The notes beneath the pieces are model-generated. The model did no database searches and had not been told where the DNA came from. It worked only from the letters and a program-made list of their open reading frames with translations. Positions 1 to 8,451 of a stretch of DNA of 64,000 nt are shown one piece after another. Both the position numbers and the translations under genes were made by a program. Position 1 is the first letter of the stretch. Each line of letters opens with the position of its first letter. Location of the stretch: assembly GCA_009772965.1 (NCBI GenBank), contig WPAF01000003.1, positions 977 through 64,976 on the forward strand. Direction: 5' to 3'. This DNA comes from Candidatus Saganbacteria bacterium (GTDB taxonomy: Bacteria > Margulisbacteria > WOR-1 > XYC2-FULL-46-14 > WPAF01).

Positions 1-26
1 TTTTTGCCATTAATTATGACTGCCAT

Positions 27-48
27 TTATCCACAATCCTTTTCCACA
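27..48. promoter_or_regulatory. Pair of direct DnaA-box-like 9-mers downstream of mnmE
   Basis: Read directly. TTATCCACA at 27-35 is a perfect consensus and TTTTCCACA at 40-48 has one mismatch. The window edge hides any continuation. Confidence 0.5.
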
Positions 49-52
49 CTTA

Positions 53-1351
53 TCATTTCCCGACACAAAACTTGCTAAATATATTATTAATTACCTGCTC
101 AGAAACTTCTTTTCCGGTAATCTCGCCGAGCGCAATTATTGCCTCTTTTAATTCCAACGCAATTAAACTTGCTTCCATCGATATTCTATCCGACCCACCC
201 ATTTTTTGCAAGCTTTCTTTTGCCATTATTAGTTTTTGCCTTTGTCTTTCCGAAAGCACCACAGCCTCGCCATTATTGCGAATGCCACTCATTATTTTAT
301 GGTATATTTCTTTTTCCAAAGCATCGATTCCTATGTTATTTATTGCGGAGGTTTTAATGCCATCGCACTTCTTGCAATCTTTTAGATCAACTTTATTATA
401 AACCCTTATTAGCGGCTTTCCTTCCGGGATCTCGCATTTATTGGCCTTTCCCCTTGTCACATCAATAATTTGCAGCACAACATCTGCCTCATCTATTGAT
501 TTTATTGCTCTTTTTATCCCTTCCCTTTCAACCTCATCCTTCCCTTTTCTAATTCCTGCCGTATCAACCAACATTACCGGAACCCCATTAATATTTGCCC
601 ATTCAGCAAGTGTATCTCTAGTTGTCCCGGGGATCGCCGAAACTATCGCCCTACTTTCCTTTAATAAAACATTTAATATACTTGATTTTCCTACATTTGG
701 TTCGCCAACTATTGCGATTTTTACCCCTTCCGTAGTTATTTTGCCTAACTCAGCGGAGCTAATCATGCCTTCAATTTCCCTAACAATCCCTTCAATTTTC
801 AATTCGCCCATTTTTAATATTAAGTCGCCGGGAAAGTCTATGGCCGCTTCTATTTTTTCAAGCTTTTCCATTAGTTTTCCTCTAATTTCATTGATTTTAT
901 CCGACAGCCCCCCTTCCAATTGACCTGATGCCGCCCTTAGTCCTTCTTTTGTTTTAGCTTGAATCATCGATATGATCGTTTCCGCTTTAATCAGATCCAT
1001 TTTCCCGTTTAGAAACGCCCTTTTTGTGAATTCTCCCCTCTCCGCCTGCCTAGCCCCACAGTCAACCGCTCTGGCAAGTATCTGCTTGACTATTGTTATG
1101 CCGCCATGCCCCATTATTTCAACAACGTCTTCGCCCGTGTAGCTTTTTGGCGCTTTATAATAGACAAACAATACTTCGTCTATATTTTTGATGAATCCAT
1201 GGCGCATTAATCGAGGTTTTAAATGATTTTTTTTGATTTTTAACAGTTTCTTAGTTATTTCTTGCGCTTTTTCCCCAGAAATCCTTACCATCCCCACCCC
1301 ACCTGCCCCCAAAGGAGTTGCTATTGCGGCAATTGTATCATTGAGCAGCAT
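53..1351 (-). CDS. mnmE: tRNA modification GTPase MnmE (TrmE)
   Basis: 432-aa ORF. G-domain motifs GEPNVGKSS, DTAG and NKVD are present, with the C-terminal FCVGK tail typical of MnmE. It sits in the classic position next to jag-yidC. Confidence 0.95.
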   Translation of the reverse strand: MLLNDTIAAIATPLGAGGVGMVRISGEKAQEITKKLLKIKKNHLKPRLMRHGFIKNIDEVLFVYYKAPKSYTGEDVVEIMGHGGITIVKQILARAVDCGARQAERGEFTKRAFLNGKMDLIKAETIISMIQAKTKEGLRAASGQLEGGLSDKINEIRGKLMEKLEKIEAAIDFPGDLILKMGELKIEGIVREIEGMISSAELGKITTEGVKIAIVGEPNVGKSSILNVLLKESRAIVSAIPGTTRDTLAEWANINGVPVMLVDTAGIRKGKDEVEREGIKRAIKSIDEADVVLQIIDVTRGKANKCEIPEGKPLIRVYNKVDLKDCKKCDGIKTSAINNIGIDALEKEIYHKIMSGIRNNGEAVVLSERQRQKLIMAKESLQKMGGSDRISMEASLIALELKEAIIALGEITGKEVSEQVINNIFSKFCVGK

Positions 1352-1352
1352 T

Positions 1353-1976
1353 TTATTTTAATGAAATAATCAACCTTCTGTCCCTACCCTCGCCCTGGCT
1401 TTCCGTCTTTAACTTACCATTGTTTTTTAAGTAAATATGAACTATCCTTCTTTCCCCCGCTGTCATTGGAGGGAGAACCTTTTCCTGCCCAGAACTAATT
1501 ACATCATCCGCCGCACTTTGCGCCAATCGCTCAAGCGCCATTTTCTGTTTTTCCTTGTATCCCCCGGCATCAATAGATATATTTGCCTTTTCTCCGTATT
1601 CTCTTCTTAATATTGAAGACATAACCGTTTGCATCGCCATCAACGTCAAGCCATCTTTCCCAATTATTTGCCCAAGATCTTCGCCTTTAATATTAATTTC
1701 TATCCCCTCTTCGTCATCCCTTGCTATATCAGCTATCGCCAAAAGCCCCATTTTGTTTAGTATTTCCTGCATAACATCATTTGCATAATTTGCTTTTGAT
1801 TTTTTTATCCACGCCTCAATCTCTGCCTCTTCTCCGCCAAATACGCCCAAAACCCCAGCCTTTCCCTCATGGATAACCCTATATGAGATTTTATCTTCCC
1901 CTACCCCAAAAACCTCAGCAGCAGACCTTATGGCCTCTTCCAGGCTCTTCCCCTTCATACTTACATTATTCATCAT
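1353..1976 (-). CDS. jag: Jag/KhpB-type RNA-binding protein (Jag_N + KH + R3H)
   Basis: 207-aa ORF with a C-terminal R3H-like segment (ERRIVHIYL...GEGRDRRLII). Conserved synteny between yidC and mnmE. Confidence 0.85.
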   Translation of the reverse strand: MMNNVSMKGKSLEEAIRSAAEVFGVGEDKISYRVIHEGKAGVLGVFGGEEAEIEAWIKKSKANYANDVMQEILNKMGLLAIADIARDDEEGIEINIKGEDLGQIIGKDGLTLMAMQTVMSSILRREYGEKANISIDAGGYKEKQKMALERLAQSAADDVISSGQEKVLPPMTAGERRIVHIYLKNNGKLKTESQGEGRDRRLIISLK

Positions 1977-1984
1977 TCTCTCCT

Positions 1985-2632
1985 TTAAAATGTTTCACGT
2001 GAAACATTTTTTCTTTTTAAAATATAGACTTGCTGAGCAATTGCAATTAAATTTGACACAACCCAATACAGTTGAACGCCAGACGGAAAAGATATACTTA
2101 TAAATGAGATAAAAAACGGCATTATCACATTTAATCCCATTTTATTACTTTCGGGGCTAGCTGGCATCGTTTTTTGCATAAAATATGTTGTTATACCAAT
2201 TAAAACTATCATGATGTAAAACGGATCTGGCTTTGACAAGTTACTTATCCACAGGAAGTTGGCGTTTGCTCCCTTAGCAATTATCATTTGCCCAAATTTT
2301 TCGCTCTGCAAAGCCATAAACAACGATATAAAAAATGGTATTTTGAGTAGAGTGGGGAGGCATCCGCCAAATGGATTAACTTTTTCCTTTTTGTACAATT
2401 CCATTAATTCTTTTTGCATTTGATCCGGCGTATCTTTAAGTTTTTTTTGTAGTTCGGCTATCTTTGGTTGAATTTTTTGCATTGCCGACATCTGAACAAT
2501 GGATGACAGGGTGAGGGGGTACAATGCAATATTTATTGTCACAGTAAGAAATATTATGGCCAATCCATAGTTATTTGTTAATGAATAAAAAAATGTTAAC
2601 GAGCTTATCATTATATCAACTAGCCAATTCAT
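1985..2632 (-). CDS. yidC: YidC/Oxa1-family membrane protein insertase (short form)
   Basis: 215-aa polytopic membrane ORF with a positively charged C-terminus. It overlaps yidD in the conserved rnpA-yidD-yidC order. Confidence 0.9.
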   Translation of the reverse strand: MNWLVDIMISSLTFFYSLTNNYGLAIIFLTVTINIALYPLTLSSIVQMSAMQKIQPKIAELQKKLKDTPDQMQKELMELYKKEKVNPFGGCLPTLLKIPFFISLFMALQSEKFGQMIIAKGANANFLWISNLSKPDPFYIMIVLIGITTYFMQKTMPASPESNKMGLNVIMPFFISFISISFPSGVQLYWVVSNLIAIAQQVYILKRKNVSRETF

Positions 2633-2868
2633 TTTATTGGATCATAGCCTCCTTTAAATAATTGGTTGCACCTTAGTATCCTGGCCATACCAAAAAAAAT
2701 GCCCCGCACAGCGCCATATTTATTAATTGCCGCTTTTGTGTATTCTGAACAAGTAGGATAGTATCTGCAATTTTTTCCCTGCCTGCCGGCAGGCAAGGCT
2801 ATCACAGAGCTATATTTTTGATATAGATCAATGGCGCCAATTAATAAATTACTAACAATTTTCTTCAA
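2629..2868 (-). CDS. yidD: Membrane protein insertion efficiency factor YidD
   Basis: 79-aa ORF with the YidD signatures YQ...CRYYPTCSEY and RILRCNQLFKGGYDP. It carries an extra LPAGRQ segment (see findings). Confidence 0.9.
   Translation of the reverse strand: MKKIVSNLLIGAIDLYQKYSSVIALPAGRQGKNCRYYPTCSEYTKAAINKYGAVRGIFFGMARILRCNQLFKGGYDPIK
2778..2798. repeat. 21-nt near-palindromic element (sense CCTTGCCTGCCGGCAGGCAGG), copy inside yidD
   Basis: The same 21-mer, read in the coding sense, occurs in valS at 38683-38703. Its core TGCCTGCCGGCAGGCA is a perfect palindrome. Confidence 0.85.
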
Positions 2869-3142
2869 TTATTTTCTTTATTTCAACAAAAGTATATTTA
2901 TTGATCGATTCGCTTACTTTTATAATCATACTTTTGAGAATTCCCATTTTTCGAACAATTTCTTTGATTTGTCTCTTTATTCTGTTTCTTTTAACGGCAT
3001 TGCCAATCTTTTTTCCTATTACAACGCCTAATTTTCCCTCATTATCGCTTGCTAAAACAAAAAGGCCAATCTCGGTTATCTTTTTCCTGCCTTCTCTAAA
3101 TATCTTTTTAAATTCGGCGCCTTTTTTAAGTGTTTTAAACAG
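2852..3142 (-). CDS. rnpA: Ribonuclease P protein component RnpA (start codon uncertain, possibly CTG)
   Basis: My translation of the minus strand reads (L)[20 protein letters not shown]...[24 protein letters not shown], which matches the RnpA KIGNAV.RNR.KR core. The ORF track missed it because no ATG/GTG/TTG lies between the upstream in-frame TAG and the conserved N-terminus. Confidence 0.75.
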   Translation of the reverse strand: MFKTLKKGAEFKKIFREGRKKITEIGLFVLASDNEGKLGVVIGKKIGNAVKRNRIKRQIKEIVRKMGILKSMIIKVSESINKYTFVEIKKIIEENC

Positions 3143-3275
3143 AAAGCTTTTTTCTTCCTTTGGATCTTCTTCTGGCTAAAACTCTTTTTCCCCCACGGGT
3201 TTTTGATTTAACCAAGAATCCGTGAGTTCTTTTTCTTCTTATCATATGCGGCTGATATGTTCTTTTTGATCCCAT
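3135..3275 (-). CDS. rpmH: 50S ribosomal protein L34
   Basis: My translation is [46 protein letters not shown], a canonical L34 sequence. At 46 aa it falls below the ORF-track length cutoff. Confidence 0.92.
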   Translation of the reverse strand: MGSKRTYQPHMIRRKRTHGFLVKSKTRGGKRVLARRRSKGRKKLSV

Positions 3276-3348
3276 AATATTAATTATACGTTTTTTTGTT
3301 TGGTGTTGTCAATGAATATTTATACATCCTATTTTCGTCCTTGCATTA

Positions 3349-3444
3349 TTATCCACATATTGATATTATATAGCTCAAGAGAAGGAAAAATGAAATTCAT
3401 CGCTGTGGATAACCGTGTTGACAACCATATGTTTCTGTTGATAA
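3349..3444. promoter_or_regulatory. DnaA-box cluster in the rpmH-dnaA spacer (dnaA promoter / oriC part)
   Basis: TTATCCACA at 3349-3357 and TGTGGATAA at 3404-3412 are both perfect and inverted relative to each other. The variant TGTTGATAA is at 3436-3444, with TGTTGACAA in between. Confidence 0.7.
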
Positions 3445-3456
3445 CTGGGTTAATTT

Positions 3457-4824
3457 GTGAATATTGATATTGATATTCATAATATTTGGGCTAAATTGCT
3501 TCCAGAAATCGAAAAAAGCCTAAGCAGGCCGCTTTATGAAACTCTGGTTTCTTCTGCTAAACCTCTAGAATTTAAAGATGGCGTTTTGCGAGTCGCCGTT
3601 CCTCATGAAGTTATAAAGGATTGGCTTTTAAAACATTGTTTAGCTCTTCTTGAAGGTGAAATTCAATTTATCAACAATAATATCAAAAAAATTGTTTTTT
3701 TTGTTGGGCCAAAGGATATGTTTCAAACGCCTGCGATAGAAGAATCCGGCATGCCTGATTTTCATGAAAATATTTCGAGGTCAATTCAAGTTGCCAAATT
3801 AAATCCCCGCTACACTTTTGATACATTTGTTGTTGGAAACGGCAACAGATTTGCCCACGCCGCCTCCCAAGCAGTTGCCGGAAATCCTGCGAATGTTTAT
3901 AATCCTTTATTTATTTATGGCGGGGTAGGGCTCGGAAAAACGCATCTGATGCAGGCGATAGGGTATGTTGTTCTTAAAAACTTTCCGAAAAAGCAAGTTC
4001 TTTATTTAACCTGCGAAATGTTCACTAACGATCTTATCCAATCAATCCAAACCGGAAAAATGCATGAGTTTAGAAATAAATACAGGAATAATGATTTGTT
4101 AATGGTTGACGATATCCAATTTTTAGCCGGAAAAGAAAGGACTCAAGAAGAGTTTTTCCACACCTTTAACGCGCTTCACGAAGCAAGAAAACAAATAATT
4201 GTTTCATCGGATCGTCCGCCAAAAGAAATTCCAACTTTAGAAGAAAGGCTGCTTTCTAGGTTTGAATGGGGGTTAATCGCGGACATTCAATCTCCCGACT
4301 TTGAAACCAGGATCGCTATTTTACGCAAAAAGGCGGATCTTGTTGAAGTAAACGTCCCAAATGAGGTAATCAACCTTATTGCCTCCAAAGTTTCTTCAAA
4401 CATCAGGGAATTGGAAGGCGCCTTAATCAGGGTTGTCGCGTTTGCCTCTCTCTCGTCATCGGATATTTCCGTTCCATTGGTTGAAGAAATTTTAAAGGAT
4501 ATATTAACCCCTAAAAAAGGCAATTCTTCTGTTTCAATTGATATTATAAAGAAATTGGTCGCTGAATATTATTCGGTTAGAATTGACGATATGTCGGCAA
4601 AAATCAGGACAAAAGAAATTGCCAACGCCAGGCAAGTTGCCATGTATTTATCCAGAGAATTAACCTCGGCTTCACTCCCAAAAATTGGCGCCGAGTTCGG
4701 AGGCAGGGATCATTCCACTGTGATACACGCGTGTGAAAAAATTAAATCGGCGATAAAAGAAGATAAAGAAGTTGATGAGGCGTTAAAAAACATCCTAAAA
4801 AGCTTGAAAAAGTATGCTCCTTAG
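3457..4824 (+). CDS. dnaA: Chromosomal replication initiator DnaA
   Basis: 455 aa with a GTG start. Walker A GGVGLGKTHL, DDIQFL, and the C-terminal DNA-binding signature GGRDHSTVIHA are present. Confidence 0.97.
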   Translation: MNIDIDIHNIWAKLLPEIEKSLSRPLYETLVSSAKPLEFKDGVLRVAVPHEVIKDWLLKHCLALLEGEIQFINNNIKKIVFFVGPKDMFQTPAIEESGMPDFHENISRSIQVAKLNPRYTFDTFVVGNGNRFAHAASQAVAGNPANVYNPLFIYGGVGLGKTHLMQAIGYVVLKNFPKKQVLYLTCEMFTNDLIQSIQTGKMHEFRNKYRNNDLLMVDDIQFLAGKERTQEEFFHTFNALHEARKQIIVSSDRPPKEIPTLEERLLSRFEWGLIADIQSPDFETRIAILRKKADLVEVNVPNEVINLIASKVSSNIRELEGALIRVVAFASLSSSDISVPLVEEILKDILTPKKGNSSVSIDIIKKLVAEYYSVRIDDMSAKIRTKEIANARQVAMYLSRELTSASLPKIGAEFGGRDHSTVIHACEKIKSAIKEDKEVDEALKNILKSLKKYAP

Positions 4825-5085
4825 TCCTGTTGAAAAGCTTTTGATAACCTGTTTATAATTGTTGGTTTTTGTTGATAAATTCCATTGTTTTCTAATAACT
4901 TTTTGAGCCTGTTAATTACTTGTCCTATTTTTTTGCGTTGCAGCAAATTATATTTTGTTTATCAACATATTCACACTTCCTATTACTACTCTTTTATATT
5001 ATAATTACTATCATTACGTTTCATGATGTTAATAAGTTTTTAAAGCGGGACATTAAATTTAGAAATATGTTAAAGGGGGAGAAAA
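4825..5085. promoter_or_regulatory. AT-rich dnaA-dnaN spacer with variant DnaA boxes (candidate oriC / unwinding region)
   Basis: TGTTGATAA at 4870-4878 and its complement TTATCAACA at 4959-4967. A long AT-rich tract runs from about 4920 to 5040. Confidence 0.5.
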
Positions 5086-6213
5086 ATGGAATTCATTTTT
5101 AATAAAAATACTTTTCAATCAGGCGTGTCAATTGTAGAAAGAATCGTATCAACAAAAAGCACTCTTCCAATAATTGGGAATATATTAATAGAAGCAGAAA
5201 AATCAGGAGTAAAGCTTTCAGCAAATAACCTGGAAATGGGAATTGAAATTAAAATACCGGCAAAAATAGTTAAAGAGGGTTCAATCTTAATTCCCGCGAA
5301 AACACTAAGCGGAATAGTTTCAAAACTTCCGGACAGCGATGTGAATTTTAAATTAAAAGAAAAAGGCGTAATCGCGATAAGCTATAAAAAGTCAAATTTC
5401 AACATCCATGGATTGCCGGCCGATGAATTTCCCCAGCTTCCGAGAATAAAGGAAAACAAGACAATAAAAATAGATAAAAAAATATTCCAAAGAATGATAG
5501 AGCAGACAATATTTTCATCATCAAGCTCTGAGGAAAAATTCGTGTTGAACGGTATTTTATTTGAAACCGGAAAAACCGATGGATCAAACGTAAGGATGGT
5601 CGCGACAGACGGATATAGGTTGGCAAAAATAGGGGAGACAATTGACGGAGTAGATATTAATGTCAGCGCGATTATCCCTTCAAAAGCTTTGAGCGAACTT
5701 CTAAAAATAATTAATGCTGAAAAAGAAGGAAATGTAACAATAAATATTTCATCCGACCAGGCGGCTTTCAACTTTAATAATGTTTATTTGGTCACAAGGC
5801 TGATCCAAGGGCAATTTCCGGATTATAAACAGGTAATCCCCAAGATGCTTGAAATTAAAATATTTGCGAATACAAAAATGCTGCTGCAGTCGTCAGAAAG
5901 GGCGGCGGTAATTGCTTCACAAAGCGCGAATATCGTAAAAATTGAAGTGAGGGGAGGGCAATTATATATTTCAGCCCAAGCGCCTGATGTCGGGTCGGTA
6001 GAAGAAGTATTGGATGTTGAAGTTAAGGGAAAAGAAAAGGCGGCTGCGGCGTTTAATATAAGGCTTTTAACAGACGCGCTAAAAGTAATAGAAGAAGAGT
6101 TTATAGTTTTGGAATTAGGCGCTCCGCTCAGTCCTGGAATGATAAAGCCAAAAGACGGGCCGGATTTTACATATATAGTAATGCCTATAAGGACGCAAGA
6201 GGTTTCTGCTTGA
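5086..6213 (+). CDS. dnaN: DNA polymerase III beta sliding clamp
   Basis: 375-aa ORF directly after dnaA. The length suits a three-domain clamp and the N-terminal pattern is typical (F.I.K..F...V..V...V..K.TLPIL.NILIEA). Confidence 0.95.
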   Translation: MEFIFNKNTFQSGVSIVERIVSTKSTLPIIGNILIEAEKSGVKLSANNLEMGIEIKIPAKIVKEGSILIPAKTLSGIVSKLPDSDVNFKLKEKGVIAISYKKSNFNIHGLPADEFPQLPRIKENKTIKIDKKIFQRMIEQTIFSSSSSEEKFVLNGILFETGKTDGSNVRMVATDGYRLAKIGETIDGVDINVSAIIPSKALSELLKIINAEKEGNVTINISSDQAAFNFNNVYLVTRLIQGQFPDYKQVIPKMLEIKIFANTKMLLQSSERAAVIASQSANIVKIEVRGGQLYISAQAPDVGSVEEVLDVEVKGKEKAAAAFNIRLLTDALKVIEEEFIVLELGAPLSPGMIKPKDGPDFTYIVMPIRTQEVSA

Positions 6214-6509
6214 CAGAGCTCCTGTCAGAAATACTCAAAGGCTCAGAAATAAATAAATTAATAAAAAACGCGAATATTGTATTATTATGGAGCGAATGCG
6301 TACCGCGGGAAATCGCGAAAAACACGGAAGCGATAAAAATAAGGAACAAGGTTTTATATGTGGATGCGAAAACCTCTGTTTGGGCGCAGGAGCTGAATTT
6401 TTTAAAAAAAGAAATTTTGGAAAAGATTAATGAGATAGCGGGGTTTAAGGCAGTAGCGGATATCAGGTTTAAAGCTGGAGGAAACGGAAATGACAAAAGA
6501 AAAATATGA
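6210..6509 (+). CDS. DUF721 / DciA-like small protein
   Basis: 99 aa in the slot between dnaN and gyrB, overlapping both neighbours. The pattern ...W..VVP..IA..T..I.I.N.VLYV...SSVWAQEL.F.K..IL..IN is typical of DUF721. Confidence 0.75.
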   Translation: MTELLSEILKGSEINKLIKNANIVLLWSECVPREIAKNTEAIKIRNKVLYVDAKTSVWAQELNFLKKEILEKINEIAGFKAVADIRFKAGGNGNDKRKI

Positions 6510-8451
6510 TGCGTCTAAGATAAAAATTCTTGGAGGCATTGAGGCGGTCAGAAAAAGACCCGCGATGTATATTGGATCAACAGGAAAAGCCGGGCTCCAC
6601 CATTTAGTATACGAAGTTGTTGATAACAGTGTGGATGAAGCGCTGGCCGGACATTGCAGCCTGGTTGGAGTAACAATACACAAAGATAATTCGGTATCGG
6701 TTGAGGATGACGGCAGGGGAATTCCATTCGACATACATCCTGAAACAAAAAGGCCGGCGGCGGAAGTGGTTTTAACCACGCTTCATGCCGGCGGAAAGTT
6801 TGGCGACTCGGTTTACAAGGTGTCCGGCGGATTGCACGGCGTTGGAGTTTCGGTTGTAAACGCGCTTTCCGAATGGATGGAGGCGGTAATTTGGAGGGAA
6901 GGGAAAGAATACTTTCAAAAATTCGATAGGGGAGAGCCGGAGCCGGAAAAAATAAAAAACATAAAGGACGCGGAAAAACACGGGACAAAAATAAATTTTT
7001 TACCGGACAAGGAAATATTTACAGAACTTGTTTTTGATTACGATACGGTTAAGCACCGCCTGCAGGAATTGGCATTTTTAAATAAAGGAATAAAAATAGT
7101 CTTAATAGATGAACGGGAGGAAGAAGTTAAGGCAGAAACCTTTTTCTATGAGGGCGGAGTAATAGAATTTATTGAACATTTAAACAAGGGCAAAGAAATG
7201 ATGTATAAGCCCCCGGCGGTTTTTTCTGGCGAAAAAGACGATGTTTTTGTCGAGGTCGGGCTCCAGCATTGTAAAGATTACTATGATGAAAATGTGTATT
7301 CCTATGTAAACTGCATTAGGACTAAAGAAGGCGGCACCCATGTTGTCGGGTTTAAAACGGCATTGACAAGAGTTGTAAATACTTACGGGCACAAAAACGG
7401 GCTGATTAAAGAAAACGAAACACTTCAGGGAGAAGATGTCAGGGAGGGATTGACGGTAGTTCTCAATACCAGAGTTCCAAACCCGCAATTTGAAGGGCAA
7501 ACCAAAACAAAGCTTGGCAATAGCGAAGTCAAAGGAATAGTGGATTCAATCGTTGTTGACGGCTTGGCAAATTACTTGGACAGAAATCCGGCCGCGGCGA
7601 AAACGATGATTGAAAAATCAATGCTGGCGTTTCGGGTAAGGGCGGCGGCGAGAAAAGCGCAGGAGCTTGAAAGAAAAAAATCGGCGCTTGATACGGCAAT
7701 GCTTCCCGGAAAGCTTGCAGACTGCTCGGAAACAAATGCCGCGAAATGCGAAATATTTATGGTTGAGGGCGACTCCGCCGGCGGCTCTGCCAAGCAGGGG
7801 AGAGATAGGAAATTTCAGGCGATACTGCCATTGCGGGGAAAAATTTTAAACGTTGAAAAAGCCCGCCTGGACAAAATACTGACAAACAATGAAATAAGGA
7901 CAATTATCACTGCCATCGGTCCGGGTGTTGTGACCGGACTTAAGGGCGGAGAGAATGGAAGCGGCGACAAAGAAACAGAGGTAACCGAAGAAAAAATAAT
8001 GAAGGAACTGCGTTATCATAAAATTATTCTCATGTGCGACGCGGATGTTGACGGCAGCCACATCAGAACCCTCATACTGACATTTTTTTACCGATATGCC
8101 AGAGAATTGATAGAAAGAGGATTTATTTATATTGCCCAGCCGCCGCTTTATTTAGTAAAAAAAGGAAAACAGCAAAAGTATGCATATAACGATGAAGAAA
8201 TGAATAAATTGGTAAAAGAATTTGGCAAAGACGGGGTTGGCGTGCAAAGATATAAAGGGCTGGGAGAGATGAATCCTGACCAGCTTTGGGAAACAACCAT
8301 GAATCCGGAAACCAGGACACTGCTTCAGATAACCCTTGAAGATGCTGAAGTCGCGGATGTGATTTTTAATGTTTTAATGGGCACGGAGGTCGAACCCAGA
8401 AGAGAATTTATTGAAAAGCATGGGAAAGAAGTAAAGAGGTTAGACATATAA
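6490..8451 (+). CDS. gyrB: DNA gyrase subunit B
   Basis: 653 aa with [17 protein letters not shown] (GHKL ATPase), the EGDSAGG Toprim motif and [12 protein letters not shown]. Confidence 0.97.
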   Translation: MTKEKYDASKIKILGGIEAVRKRPAMYIGSTGKAGLHHLVYEVVDNSVDEALAGHCSLVGVTIHKDNSVSVEDDGRGIPFDIHPETKRPAAEVVLTTLHAGGKFGDSVYKVSGGLHGVGVSVVNALSEWMEAVIWREGKEYFQKFDRGEPEPEKIKNIKDAEKHGTKINFLPDKEIFTELVFDYDTVKHRLQELAFLNKGIKIVLIDEREEEVKAETFFYEGGVIEFIEHLNKGKEMMYKPPAVFSGEKDDVFVEVGLQHCKDYYDENVYSYVNCIRTKEGGTHVVGFKTALTRVVNTYGHKNGLIKENETLQGEDVREGLTVVLNTRVPNPQFEGQTKTKLGNSEVKGIVDSIVVDGLANYLDRNPAAAKTMIEKSMLAFRVRAAARKAQELERKKSALDTAMLPGKLADCSETNAAKCEIFMVEGDSAGGSAKQGRDRKFQAILPLRGKILNVEKARLDKILTNNEIRTIITAIGPGVVTGLKGGENGSGDKETEVTEEKIMKELRYHKIILMCDADVDGSHIRTLILTFFYRYARELIERGFIYIAQPPLYLVKKGKQQKYAYNDEEMNKLVKEFGKDGVGVQRYKGLGEMNPDQLWETTMNPETRTLLQITLEDAEVADVIFNVLMGTEVEPRREFIEKHGKEVKRLDI

